A stretch of 64,000 bases of DNA from Euglena gracilis (lineage: Eukaryota). A model generated the notes under the pieces. It saw only the letters and a program-made list of their open reading frames with translations. It searched no databases and had not been told where the DNA came from. The stretch covers positions 9,488,634 to 9,552,633 of the forward strand of contig CP154954.1 of NCBI GenBank assembly GCA_039621445.1, in the 5' to 3' direction. Both the position numbers and the translations under genes were made by a program. Shown piece after piece: positions 1 through 13,339 of this stretch. Position 1 is the stretch's first letter; the number at the start of each line of letters is the position of its first letter.

Positions 1-2013
1 CCAACCGGTTTGGTAACACAAGGGATTTTGTTAATTTGGGGCCCTCGAACAGTTGAGCAACAAAAAGGGATTTGCTCCCCAAACCGGTTTGGTAACACAA
101 GGGATTTTGTTATTTTGGGGCCCTCGAATGGTTGAGCAACAAAAAGGGATTTGCCCCCCAAACCGGTTTGGTAACACAAGGGATTTTGTTTTTTTGGGGC
201 CCTCGAACAGTTGAGCAACAAAAAGGGATTTGCCCCCCAAAACGGTTTGGTAACACAAGGGATTTTGTTAATTTGGGGCCCTCGAACAGTTGAGCAACAA
301 AAAGGGATTTGCCCCCCAAAACGGTTTGGTAACACAAGGGATTTTGTTATTTTGGGGCCCTCGAACAGTTGAGCAACAAAAAGGGATTTGCCCCCCAAAA
401 CGGTTTGGTAATGTTATTTTGGGGCCCTCGAACAGTTGAGCAACAAAAAGGGATTTGCCCCCCAAAACGGTTTGGTAACACAAGGGATTTTGTTAATTTG
501 GGGCCCTCGAACAGTTGAGCAACAAAAAGGGATTTGCCCCCCAAAACGGTTTGGTAACACAAGGGATTTTGTTATTTTGGGGCCCTCGAACAGTTGGGCA
601 ACAAAAAGGGATTTGCCCCCCAAACCGGTTTGGTAACACAAGGGATTTTGTTACTTTGGGGCCCCCGAACAGTTGAGCAACAAAAAGGGATTTGCCCCCC
701 AAAACGGTTTGGTAACACAAGGGATTTTGTTATTTTGGGGCCCAGGAATGGTTGAGCAACAAAAAGGGATTTGCCCCCCAAAACGGTTTGGTAACACAAG
801 GGATTTTGTTAATTTGTGGCCCTCGAATGGTTGAGCAACAAAAAGGGATTTGCCCCCCAAACCGGTTTGGTAACACAAGGGATTTTGTAATTTGGTGCCT
901 TCGAACAGTTGAGCAACAAAAAGGGATTTGCCCCCCAAACCGGTTTGGTAACACAAGGGATTTTGTTATTTTGGGGCCCTCGAACAGTTGAACAACAAAA
1001 AGGGATTTGCCCCCCAAACCGGTTTGGTAACACAAGGGATTTTGTTATTTTGGGGCCCTCGAACAGTTGAGCAACAAAAAGGGATTTGCCCCCCAAACCG
1101 GTTTGGTAATACAAGGGATTTTGTTATTTTGGGGCCCTCGAATGGTTGAGGAAAAAAAAGGGATTTGCCCCCCAAAACGGTTTGGTAACACAAGGGATTT
1201 TGTTAATTTAGGGCCCTCGAACAGTTGAGCAACAAAAAGGGATTTGCCCCCCAAAACGGTTTGGTAACACAAGGGATTTTGTCATTTTGGGGCCCTCGAA
1301 CAGTTGAGCAACAAAAAGGGATTTGCCCCCCAAAACGGTTTGGTAACACAAGGGATTTTGTTAATTTGGGGCCTTCGAATGGTTGAGCAACAAAAAGGGA
1401 TTTGCCCCCCAAACCGGTTTGGTAACACAAGGGATTTTGTTATTTTGGGGCCCTTGAACAGTTGAGCAACAAAAAGGGATTTGCCCCCCAAAACGGTTTG
1501 GTAACACAAGGGATTTTGTTAATTTGGGGCCTTCGAACAGTTGAGCAACAAAAAGGGATTTGCCCCCCAAACCGGTTTGGTAACACAAGGGATTTTGTTA
1601 TTTTGGGGCCCTCGAACAGTTGAGCAACAAAAAGAGATTTGCCCCCCAAACCGGTTTCGTAACACAAGGGATTTTGTTACTTTGGGGCCCTCGAACTGTT
1701 GAGCAACAAAAAGAGACTTGCCCCCCAAAACGATTTGGTAACACAAGGGATTTTGTTAATTTGGGGGCCTCGAACAGTTGAGCAACAAAAAGGGATTTGC
1801 CCCCCAAACCGGTTTGGTAACACAAGGGATTTTGTTATTTTGGGGCCCTCGAAAGGTTGAGCAACAAAAAGGGATTTGCCCCCCAAAACGGTTTGGTAAC
1901 ACAAGGGATTTTGTTAATTTGGGGCCCTCGAACAGTTGAGCAACAAAAAGGGATTTGCCCCCCAAAACGGTTTGGTAACACAAGGGATTTTGTTATTTTG
2001 GGGCGCTCGAACA

Positions 2014-2171
2014 CCACCCCCCCCCATATTGTCCCTCAGCCCCGGCCGACGGGGGGTTTTTTGGCTCGGCCAATGAAATTTGTTTGCTACCCCCATATTG
2101 TCGCCCCCCCATGTTGTCCGGTCGGGCCTGCCGGGGGGAGGTCGGTGGGACAACATGGGAGGGGGGGTTGA
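2014..2171. mobile_element. MITE-like poly-C/poly-G insert in satellite, copy 1
   Basis: Interrupts monomer at CGAACA|GTTGAG; ends CCCCCATATTGTCCC ... GGGACAACATGGG form an imperfect inverted repeat. Confidence 0.6.
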
Positions 2172-3740
2172 AGTTGAGCAACAAAAAGGGATTTGCCAGC
2201 CAAAACGGTTTGGTAACACAAGGGATTTTGTTATTTTGGGGGCCTCGAACAGTTGAGCAACAAAAAGGGATTTGCCCCCCAAACCGGTTTGGTAACACAA
2301 GGGATTTTGTTATTTTGGGGCCCTCGAAAGGTTGAGCAACAAAAAGGGATTTGCCCCCCAAAACGGTTTGGTAACACAAGGGATTTTGTTATTTTGGGGC
2401 CCTTGAACAGTTGAGCAACAAAAAGGGATTTGCCCCCCAAAACGGTTTGGTAACACAAGGGATTTTGTTAATTTGGGGCCTTCGAACAGTTGAACAACAA
2501 AAAGGGATTTGCCCCCCAAAACGGTTTGGTAACACAAGGGATTTTGTTTTTTTGGGGCCCTCGAACAGTTGAGCAACAAAAAGGGATTTGGCCCCCAAAC
2601 CGGTTTGGTAACACAAGGGATTTTGTTAATTTGGGGCCCTCGAACAGTTGAGCAACAAAAAGGGATTTGCCCCCCAAACCGGTTTGGTAACACAAGGGAT
2701 TTTGTTATTTTGGGGCCCTCGAACAGTTGAGCAACAAAAAGGGGTTTGCCCCCCAAAACGGTTTGGTAACACAAGGGATTTTGTTATTTTGGGGCCCTCG
2801 AACAGTTGAGCAACAAAAAGAGATTTGCCCCCCAAAACGGTTTGGTAACACAAGGGATTTTGTTATTTTGGGGCCCTCGAATGGTTGAGCAACAAAAAGG
2901 GATTTGCCCCCCAAACCGGTTTGGTAACACAAGGGATTTTGTTATTTTGGGGCCCTCGAACAGTTGAGCAACAAAAAGGGATTTGCCCCCCAAAACGGTT
3001 TGGTAATGTTATTTTGGGGCCCTCGAACAGTTGAGCAACAAAAAGGGATTTGCCCCCCAAAACGGTTTGGTAACACAAGGGATTTTGTTATTTTGGGGCC
3101 CTCGAACAGTTGAGCAACAAAAAGGGATTTGCCCCCCAAACCGGTTTGGTAACACAAGGGATTTTGTTAATTTGGGGCCCTCGAACAGTTGAGCAACAAA
3201 AAGGGATTTGCCCCCCAAAACGGTTTGGTAACACAAGGGATTTTGTTATTTTGGGGCCCTCGAACAGTTGAGCAACAAAAAGGGATTTGCCCCCCAAACC
3301 GGTTTGGTAACACAAGGGATTTTGTTACTTTGGGGCCCTCGAACAGTTGAGCAACAAAAAGAGATTTGCCCCCCAAAACGGTTTGGTAACACAAGGGATT
3401 TTGTTAATTTGGGGGCCTCGAACAGTTGAGCAACAAAAAGGGATTTGCCCCCCAAACCGGTTTGGTAACACAAGGGATTTTGTTATTTTGGGGCCCTCGA
3501 AAGGTTGAGCAACAAAAAGGGATTTGCCCCCCAAAACGGTTTGGTAACACAAGGGATTTTGTTAATTTGGGGCCCTCGAACAGTTGAGCAACAAAAAGGG
3601 ATTTGCCCCCCAAAACGGGTTGGTAACACAAGGGATTTTATTAATTTGGGGCCCTCGAACAGTTGAGCAACAAAAAGGGATTTGCCCCCCAAAACGGTTT
3701 GGTAACACAAGGGATTTTGTTATTTTGGGGCGCTCGAACA

Positions 3741-3918
3741 CCCCCCCCCCCCATATTGTCCCCCCCACCCCATATTGTCCCTCGGCCCCGGCCGACGGGG
3801 GGTTTTTTTGGATCGGCCAATGAAATTTGTTTGCTACCCCAATATTGTCCCCCCCCCATGTTGTCCGGTCGGGCCTGCCGGGGGGAGGTCGGTGGGACAA
3901 CATGGGAGGGGGGGTTGA
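3741..3918. mobile_element. MITE-like insert in satellite, copy 2
   Basis: Near-identical to 2014-2171, same insertion site. Confidence 0.6.
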
Positions 3919-5974
3919 AGTTGAGCAACAAAAAGGGATTTGCCAGCCAAAACGGTTTGGTAACACAAGGGAATTTGTTATTTTTGGGGGCCTCGAACAG
4001 TTGAGCAACAAAAAGGGATTTGCCCCCCAAACCGGTTTGGTAACACAAGGGATTTTGTTATTTTGGGGCCCTCGAAAGGTTGAGCAACAAAAAGGGATTT
4101 GCCCCCCGAACCTGTTTGGTAACACAAGGGATTTTGTTATTTTGGGGCCCTTGAACAGTTGAGCAACAAAAAGGGATTTGCCCCCCAAAACGGTTTGGTA
4201 ACACAAGGGATTTTGTTAATTTGGGGCCTTCGAACAGTTGAACAACAAAAAGGGATTTGCCCCCCAAAACGGTTTGGTAACACAAGGGATTTTGTTTTTT
4301 TGGGGCCCTCGAACAGTTGAGCAACAAAAAGGGATTTGGCCCCCAAACCGGTTTGGTAACACAAGGGATTTTGTTAATTTGGGGCCCTCGAACAGTTGAG
4401 CAACAAAAAGGGATTTGCCCCCCAAACCGGTTTGGTAACACAAGGGATTTTGTTATTTTGGGGGCCCTCGAACAGTTGAGCAACAAAAAGGGGTTTGCCC
4501 CCCAAAACGGTTTGGTAACACAAGGGATTTTGTTATTTTGGGGCCCTCGAACAGTTGAGCAACAAAAAGGGGTTTGCCCCCCAAACCGGTTTGGTAACAC
4601 AAGGGATTTTGTTATTTTGGGGCCCTCGAATGGTTGAGCAACAAAAAGGGATTTGCCCCCCAAACCGGTTTGGTAACACAAGGGATTTTGTTATTTTGGG
4701 GCCCTCGAATGGTTGAGCAACAAAAAGGGATTTGCCCCCCAAAACGGTTTGGTAACACAAGGGATTTTGTTATTTTGGGGCCCTCGAATGGTTGAGCAAC
4801 AAAAAGGGATTTGCCCCCCAAACCGGTTTGGTAACACAAGGGATTTTGTTATTTTGGGGCCCTCGAATGGTTGAGCAACAAAAAGGGATTTGCCCCCCAA
4901 ACCGGTTTGGTAACACAAGGGATTTTGTTATTTTGGGGCCCTCGAACAGTTGAGCAACAAAAAGGGATTTGCCCCCCAAACCGGTTTGGTAACACAAGGG
5001 ATTTTGTTAATTTGGGGCCCTCGAACAGTTGAGCAACAAAAAGGGATTGCCCCCCAAACCGGTTTGGTAACACAAGGGATTTTGTTATTTTGGGGCCCTC
5101 GAACAGTTGAGCAACAAAAAGGGATTTGCCCCCCAAAACGGTTTGGTAACACAAGGGATTTTGTTTTTTTGGGGCCCTCGAACAGTTGAGTAACAAAAAG
5201 GGATTTGCCCCCCAAACCGGTTTGGTAACACAAGGGATTTTGTTACTTTGGGGCCCTCGAACAGTTGAGCAACAAAAAGAGATTTGCCCCCCAAAACGGT
5301 TTGGTAACACAAGGGATTTTGTTAATTTGGGGGCCTCGAACAGTTGAGCAACAAAAAGGGATTTGCCCCCCAAACCGGTTTGGTAACACAAGGGATTTTG
5401 TTATTTTGGGGCACTCGAAAGGTTGAGCAACAAAAAGGGATTTGCCCTCCAAAACGGTTTGGTAACACAAGGGATTTTGTTAATTTGGGGCCCTCGAACA
5501 GTTGAGCAACAAAAAGGGATTTGCCCCCCAAACCGGTTTGGTAACACAAGGGATTTTGTTATTTTGGGGCCCTCGAACAGTTGAGCAACAAAAAGAGATT
5601 TGCCCCCCAAACCGGTTTGGTAACACAAGGGATTTTGTTACTTTGGGGCCCTCGAACAGTTGAGCAACAAAAAGAGATTTGCCCCCCAAAACGGTTTGGT
5701 AACACAAGGGATTTTGTTAATTTGGGGGCCTCGAACAGTTGAGCAACAAAAAGGGATTTGCCCCCCAAACCGGTTTGGTAACACAAGGGATTTTGTTATT
5801 TTGGGGCCCTCGAAAGGTTGAGCAACAAAAAGGGATTTGCCCCCCAAAACGGTTTGGTAACACAAGGGATTTTGTTAATTTGGGGCCCTCGAACAGTTGA
5901 GCAACAAAAAGGGATTTGCCCCCCAAAACGGTTTGGTAACACAAGGGATTTTGTTATTTTGGGGCGCTCGAACA

Positions 5975-6153
5975 CCACCCCCCCCCCCATATTGTCCCCC
6001 CCACCCCATATTGTCCCTCGACCCCGGCCGACGGGGGGTTTTTTGGCTCGGCCAATGAAATTTGTTTGCTACCCCCATATTGTCGCCCCCCCATGTTGTC
6101 CGGTCGGGCCTGCCGGGGGGAGGTCGGTGGGACAACATGGGAGGGGGGGTTGA
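5975..6153. mobile_element. MITE-like insert in satellite, copy 3
   Basis: Near-identical to 2014-2171, same insertion site. Confidence 0.6.
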
Positions 6154-7655
6154 AGTTGAGCAACAAAAAGGGATTTGCCAGCCAAAACGGTTTGGTAACA
6201 CAAGGGATTTTGTTATTTTGGGGCCCTCGAACAGTTGAGCAACAAAAAGGGATTTGCCCCCCGAACCGGTTTGGTAACACAAGGGATTTTGTTTTTTTGG
6301 GGCCCTTGAACAGTTGAGCAACAAAAAGGGATTTGCCCCCCAAAACGGTTTGGTAACACAAGGGATTTTGTTAATTTGGGGCCTTCGAACAGTTGAACAA
6401 CAAAAAGGGATTTGCCCCCCAAAACGGTTTGGTAACACAAGGGATTTTGTTTTTTTGGGGCCCTCGAACAGTTGAGCAACAAAAAGGGATTTGGCCCCCA
6501 AACCGGTTTGGTAACACAAGGGATTTTGTTAATTTGGGGGCCCTCGAACAGTTGAGCAACAAAAAGGGATTTGCCCCCCAAACCGGTTTGGTAACACAAG
6601 GGATTTTGTTATTTTGGGGCCCTCGAACAGTTGAGCAACAAAAAGGGGGTTGCCCCCCAAAACGGTTTGGTAACACAAGGGATTTTGTTATTTTGGGGCC
6701 CTCGAACAGTTGAGCAACAAAAAGGGGTTTGCCCCCCAAAACGGTTTGGTAACACAAGGGATTTTGTTATTTTGGGGCCCTCGAACAGTTGAGCAACAAA
6801 AAGGGGTTTGCCCCCCAAAACGGTTTGGTAACACAAGGGATTTTGTTATTTTGGGGCCCTCGAATGGTTGAGCAACAAAAAGGGATTTGCCCCCCAAACC
6901 GGTTTGGTAACACAAGGGATTTTGTTATTTTGGGGCCCTCGAATGGTTGAGCAACAAAAAGGGGTTTGCCCCCCAAAAAAGTTTGGTAACACAAGGGATT
7001 TTGTTAATTTGGGGCCCTCGAACAGTTGAGCAACAAAAAGGGATTTGCCCCCCAAACCGGTTTGGTAACACAAGGGATTTTGTTATTTTGGGGCCCTCGA
7101 ACAGTTGAGCAACAAAAAGGGATTTGCCCCCCAAAACGGTTTGGTAACACAAGGGATTTTGTTTTTTTGGGGCCCTCGAACAGTTGAGCAACAAAAAGGG
7201 ATTTGCCCCCCAAACCGGTTTGGTAACACAAGGGATTTTGTTACTTTGGGGCCCTCGAACAGTTGAGCAACAAAAAGAGATTGCCCCCCAAAACGGTTTG
7301 GTAACACAAGGGATTTTGTTAATTTGGGGGCCTCGAACAGTTGAGCAACAAAAAGGGATTTGCCCCCCAAACCGGTTTGGTAACACAAGGGATTTTGTTA
7401 TTTTGGGGCCCTCGAAAGGTTGAGCAACAAAAAGGGATTTGCCCCCCAAAACGGTTTGGTAACACAAGGGATTTTGTTAATTTGGGGCCCTCGAACAGTT
7501 GAGCAACAAAAAGGGATTTGCCCCCCAAAACGGGTTGGTAACACAAGGGATTTTATTAATTTGGGGCCCTCGAACAGTTGAGCAACAAAAAGGGATTTGC
7601 CCCCCAAAACGGTTTGGTAACACAAGGGATTTTGTTATTTTGGGGCGCACGAACA

Positions 7656-7836
7656 CCACCCCCCCCCAATATTGTCCCCCCCACCCCATATTGTCCCTCA
7701 GCCCCGGCCGACGGGGGGGTTTTTTGGCTCGGCCAATGAAATTTGTTTGCTACCCCCATATTGTCCCCCCCCCCATGTTGTCCGGTCGGGCCTGCCGGGG
7801 GGAGGTCGGTGGGACAACATGGGGGGGGGGGGTTGA
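7656..7836. mobile_element. MITE-like insert in satellite, copy 4
   Basis: Near-identical to 2014-2171, same insertion site. Confidence 0.6.
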
Positions 7837-9653
7837 AGTTGAGCAACAAAAAGGGATTTGCCCCCCAAACCGGTTTGGTAACACAAGGGATTTTGTTATT
7901 TTGGGGCCCTCGAACAGTTGAGCAACAAAAAGGGGTTTGCCCCCCAAAACGGTTTGGTAACACAAGGGATTTTGTTATTTTGGGGCCCTCGAACAGTTGG
8001 GCAACAAAAAGGGATTTGCCCCCCAAAACGGTTTGGTAACACAAGGGATTTTGTTATTTTGGGGCCCTCGAACAGTTGAGCAACAAAAAGGGGTTTGCCC
8101 CCCAAAACGGTTTGGTAACACAAGGGATTTTGTTATTTTGGGGCCCTCGAATGGTTGAGCAACAAAAAGGGATTTGCCCCCCAAACCGGTTTGGTAACAC
8201 AAGGGATTTTGTTATTTTGGGGCCCTCGAATGGTTGAGCAACAAAAAGGGGTTTGCCCCCCAAACCGGTTTGGTAACACAAGGGATTTTGTTATTTTGGG
8301 GCCCTCGAACAGTTGAGTAACAAAAAGGGGTTTGCCCCCCAAACCGGTTTGGTAACACAAGGGATTTTGTTATTTTGGGGCCCTCGAATGGTTGAGCAAC
8401 AAAAAGGGGTTTGCCCCCCAAACCGGTTTGGTAACACAAGGGATTTTGTTATTTTGGGGCCCTCGAACAGTTGAGCAACAAAAAGGGGTTTGCCCCCCAA
8501 AACGGTTTGGTAACACAAGGGATTTTGTTATTTTGGGGCCCTCGAATGGTTGAGCAACAAAAAGGGATTTGCCCCCCAAACCGGTTTGGTAACACAAGGG
8601 ATTTTGTTATTTTGGGGCCCTCGAACAGTTGAGCAACAAAAAGGGATTTGCCCCCCAAACCGGTTTGGTAACACAAGGGATTTTGTTAATTTGGGGCCCT
8701 CGAACAGTTGAGCAACAAAAAGGGATTTGCCCCCCAAACCGGTTTGGTAACACAAGGGATTTTGTTATTTTGGGGCCCTCGAACAGTTGAGCAACAAAAA
8801 GGGATTTGCCCCCCAAAACGGTTTGGTAACACAAGGGATTTTGTTTTTTTGGGGCCCTCGAACAGTTGAGCAACAAAAAGGGATTTGCCCCCCAAACCGG
8901 TTTGGTAACACAAGGGATTTTGTTACTTTGGGGCCCTCGAACAGTTGAGCAACAAAAAGAGATTGCCCCCCAAAACGGTTTGGTAACACAAGGGATTTTG
9001 TTAATTTGGGGGCCTCGAACAGTTGAGCAACAAAAAGGGATTTGCCCCCCAAACCGGTTTGGTAACACAAGGGATTTTGTTATTTTGGGGCCCTCGAAAG
9101 GTTGAGCAACAAAAAGGGATTTGCCCCCCAAAACGGTTTGGTAACACAAGGGATTTTGTTAATTTGGGGCCCTCGAACAGTTGAGCAACAAAAAGGGATT
9201 TGCCCCCCAAAACGGGTTGGTAACACAAGGGATTTTGTTAATTTGGGGCCCTCGAACAGTTGAGCAACAAAAAGGGATTTGCCCCCCAAACCGGTTTGGT
9301 AACACAAGGGATTTTGTTATTTTGGGGCCCTCGAACAGTTGAGCAACAAAAAGAGATTTGCCCCCCAAACCGGTTTGGTAACACAAGGGATTTTGTTACT
9401 TTGGGGCCCTCGAACAGTTGAGCAACAAAAAGAGATTTGCCCCCCAAACCGGTTTGGTAACACAAGGGATTTTGTTAATTTGGGGGCCTCGAACAGTTGA
9501 GCAACAAAAAGGGATTTGCCCCCCAAACCGGTTTGGTAACACAAGGGATTTTGTTAATTTGGGGCCCTCGAACAGTTGAGCAACAAAAAGGGATTTGCCC
9601 CCCAAAACGGGTTGGTAACACAAGGGATTTTGTTATTTTGGGGCGCTCGAACA

Positions 9654-9831
9654 CCCCCCCCCCCATATTGTCCCCCCCACCCCATATTGTCCCTCAGCCC
9701 CGGCCGACGGGGGGTTTTTTGGCTCGGCCAATGAAATTTGTTTGCTACCCCCATATTGTCCCCCCCCCATGTTGTCCGGTCGGGCCTGCCGGGGGGAGGT
9801 CGGTGGGACAACATGGGGGGGGGGGGGTTGA
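9654..9831. mobile_element. MITE-like insert in satellite, copy 5
   Basis: Near-identical to 2014-2171, same insertion site. Confidence 0.6.
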
Positions 9832-11570
9832 AGTTGAGCAACAAAAAGGGATTTGCCAGCCAAAACGGTTTGGTAACACAAGGGATTTTGTTATTTTGGG
9901 GGCCTCGAACAGTTGAGCAACAAAAAGGGATTTGCCCCCCAAACCGGTTTGGTAACACAAGGGATTTTGTTATTTTGGGGCCCTCGAAAGGTTGAGCAAC
10001 AAAAAGGGATTTGCCCCCCGAACCTGTTTGGTAACACAAGGGATTTTGTTATTTTGGGGCCCTTGAACAGTTGAGCAACAAAAAGGGATTTGCCCCCCAA
10101 AACGGTTTGGTAACACAAGGGATTTTGTTAATTTGGGGCCTTCGAACAGTTGAACAACAAAAAGGGATTTGCCCCCCAAAACGGTTTGGTAACACAAGGG
10201 ATTTTGTTTTTTTGGGGCCCTCGAACAGTTGAGCAACAAAAAGGGATTTGGCCCCCAAACCGGTTTGGTAACACAAGGGATTTTGTTAATTTGGGGGCCC
10301 TCGAACAGTTGAGCAACAAAAAGGGATTTGCCCCCCAAACCGGTTTGGTAACACAAGGGATTTTGTTATTTTGGGGCCCTCGAACAGTTGAGCAACAAAA
10401 AGGGGTTTGCCCCCCAAAACGGTTTGGTAACACAAGGGATTTTGTTATTTTGGGGCCCTCGAACAGTTGAGCAACAAAAAGGGGTTTGCCCCCCAAACCG
10501 GTTTGGTAACACAAGGGATTTTGTTATTTTGGGGCCCTCGAACAGTAGAGCAACAAAAAGGGGTTTGCCCCCCAAAACGGTTTGGTAACACAAGGGATTT
10601 TGTTATTTTGGGGCCCTCGAATGGTTGAGCAACAAAAAGGGATTTGCCCCCCAAACCGGTTTGGTAACACAAGGGATTTTGTTATTTTGGGGCCCTCAAA
10701 TGGTTGAGCAACAAAAAGGGGTTTGCCCCCCAAACCGGTTTGGTAACACAAGGGATTTTGTTATTTTGGGGCCCTCGAACAGTTGAGCAACAAAAAGGGG
10801 TTTGCCCCCCAAAACGGTTTGGTAACACAAGGGATTTTGTTATTTTGGGGCCCTCGAATGGTTGAGCAACAAAAAGGGATTTGCCCCCCAAACCGGTTTG
10901 GTAACACAAGGGATTTTGTTATTTTGGGGCCCTCGAATGGTTGAGCAACAAAAAGGGATTTGCCCCCCAAACCGGTTTGGTAACACAAGGGATTTTGTTA
11001 TTTTGGGGCCCTCGAACAGTTGAGCAACAAAAAGGGATTTGCCCCCCAAACCGGTTTGGTAACACAAGGGATTTTGTTAATTTGGGGCCCTCGAACAGTT
11101 GAGCAACAAAAAGGGATTTGCCCCCCAAACCGGTTTGGTAACACAAGGGATTTTGTTATTTTGGGGCCCTCGAACAGTTGAGCAACAAAAAGAGATTGCC
11201 CCCCAAAACGGTTTGGTAACACAAGGGATTTTGTTAATTTGGGGGCCTCGAACAGTTGAGCAACAAAAAGGGATTTGCCCCCCAAACGGGTTTGGTAACA
11301 CAAGGGATTTTGTTATTTTGGGGCCCTCGAAAGGTTGAGCAACAAAAAGGGATTTGCCCCCCAAAACGGTTTGGTAACACAAGGGATTTTGTTAATTTGG
11401 GGCCCTCGAACAGTTGAGCAACAAAAAGGGATTTGCCCCCCAAAACGGGTTGGTAACACAAGGGATTTTATTAATTTGGGGCCCTCGAACAGTTGAGCAA
11501 CAAAAAGGGATTTGCCCCCCAAAACGGTTTGGTAACACAAGGGATTTTGTTATTTTGGGGCGCTCGAACA

Positions 11571-11749
11571 CCACCCCCCCCCATATTGTCCCCCCCACCC
11601 CATATTGTCCCTCAGCCCCGGCCGACGGGGGGTTTTTTGGCTCGGCCAATGAAATTTGTTTGCTACCCCCATATTGTCCCCCCCCCCATGTTGTCCGGTC
11701 GGGCCTGCCGGGGGGAGGTCGGTGGGACAACATGGGGGGGGGGGGTTGA
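11571..11749. mobile_element. MITE-like insert in satellite, copy 6
   Basis: Near-identical to 2014-2171, same insertion site. Confidence 0.6.
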
Positions 11750-13339
11750 AGTTGAGCAACAAAAAGGGATTTGCCCCCCAAACCGGTTTGGTAACACAAG
11801 GGATTTTGTTATTTTGGGGCCCTCGAACAGTTGAGCAACAAAAAGGGGTTTGCCCCCCAAAACGGTTTGGTAACACAAGGGATTTTGTTATTTTGGGGCC
11901 CTCGAACAGTTGAGCAACAAAAAGGGGTTTGCAGCCCAAAACGGTTTGGTAACACAAGGGATTTTGTTATTTTGGGGCCCTCGAATGGTTGAGCAACAAA
12001 AAGGGATTTGCCCCCCAAACCGGTTTGGTAACACAAGGGATTTTGTTATTTTGGGGCCCTCGAACAGTTGAGCAACAAAAAGGGGTTTGCCCCCCAAAAC
12101 GGTTTGGTAACACAAGGGATTTTGTTATTTTGGGGCCCTCGAATGGTTGAGCAACAAAAAAGGATTTGCCCCCCAAAACGGTTTGGTAACACAAGGGATT
12201 TTGTTATTTTGGGGCCCTCGAACAGTTGAGCAACAAAAAGGGATTCAACTACTTAGGCGGCCGAATTCGCACTTAAGCTTTTTTCCTTTGGATTTGCGCA
12301 ATTGCGCAAATGTACCATCTTTTTGTACCCCCTAGGCCCTTGTCCCCTGACCCCTGAAAAAACAATTTTGATCGCGAACGGAACTCGTTAGGGCTGGGCA
12401 ATTCGAACCCCTTCAAATACAAAGTCATTCTGTACCTCCCCCTCTCCACAGCTGCTTTCTTTCACGCTGCCCGCGGGGCACCCACCCACACCCACTTCTA
12501 CCCCACAGCTGCCCGCGGCAAGCACCTGGCCAGATCTGGCGGCGTACAGTTTTTGAGTTTTGGACGGTCCGAATGTGTGCTGTGGATATCAATGGTTTGG
12601 CTGACGATGAAATCAGACACCCTTGATGAATTTGAGAATTATTGCGAGGGTGTGTTGGGTGCCACCAATTGTGAAGTACGATGGAATTGAGTGTGTCCGA
12701 AGAGGGGTGTGACACCGCCTGTCTTGAACAAGGATGAAGAAACGCCCGGTGAATTGGAACCTTCTAATTGATGTCCAACAGAAATTTATTTATGGCGCAT
12801 TGCACACTTGCGCAATTGCGCGCATCAAAAGATTGTTTCCTCAATTATGAATTCAGTTGCTGAGAAGGGGTTTGGGACGCCCCAGATTGTGTCAGTGATG
12901 AAAAGTGGTACCGTTTTACTTGCGCAATTGCGTGCACAATTTGTTGCTTTTTGTTGTGAGGCTAACCAGTGGGTGCCAGTAGGCAGTCGCCACAAACCAA
13001 TGCTGCGCAATTGCGCACATATGCATCATGGTGGAAGCTTGTGCTATCCGGGTTGCGTGTGCAGATATGCACTGCTAGCATGTCGTTTTGTAGCCCATGG
13101 CATGCTGTACATAACCACAATAGTGGATTATTTTCCTGGAAATCCAGTACGAAATTTCCTCCAAAATATTTTGGGCAAATACCCTTGGAGATTTCGCGTT
13201 CCAAAAACGCCAAGTGTGGCTGGTCGTGAATATACCGGGTTGATCCCGGTGGAACAAGGGTTTAATCCACTTGTTCAGCCAGGGGTCACTGCTATTTCGG
13301 ATCATATTGATCCTAGCCTGGCGAGTTTGGCGGGGGTAC

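Larger units (their letters stand above)
1..12245. repeat. 79-bp tandem satellite (roughly 140 monomers), runs off the left edge of the window
   Basis: Monomer TTTGGTAACACAAGGGATTTTGTTATTTTGGGGCCCTCGAACAGTTGAGCAACAAAAAGGGATTTGCCCCCCAAA(A/C)CGG repeats head-to-tail; ORF track starts recur every 79 bp; ends abruptly at GGGATT 12245. Confidence 0.98.

Noticed and set aside
31-12194. Many 60-200 aa ORFs in the satellite
   Set aside because: Artefacts of a 79-bp unit cycling through reading frames
1-12245. CRISPR array
   Set aside because: The whole 79-bp unit repeats with no unique spacers, and there are no cas genes
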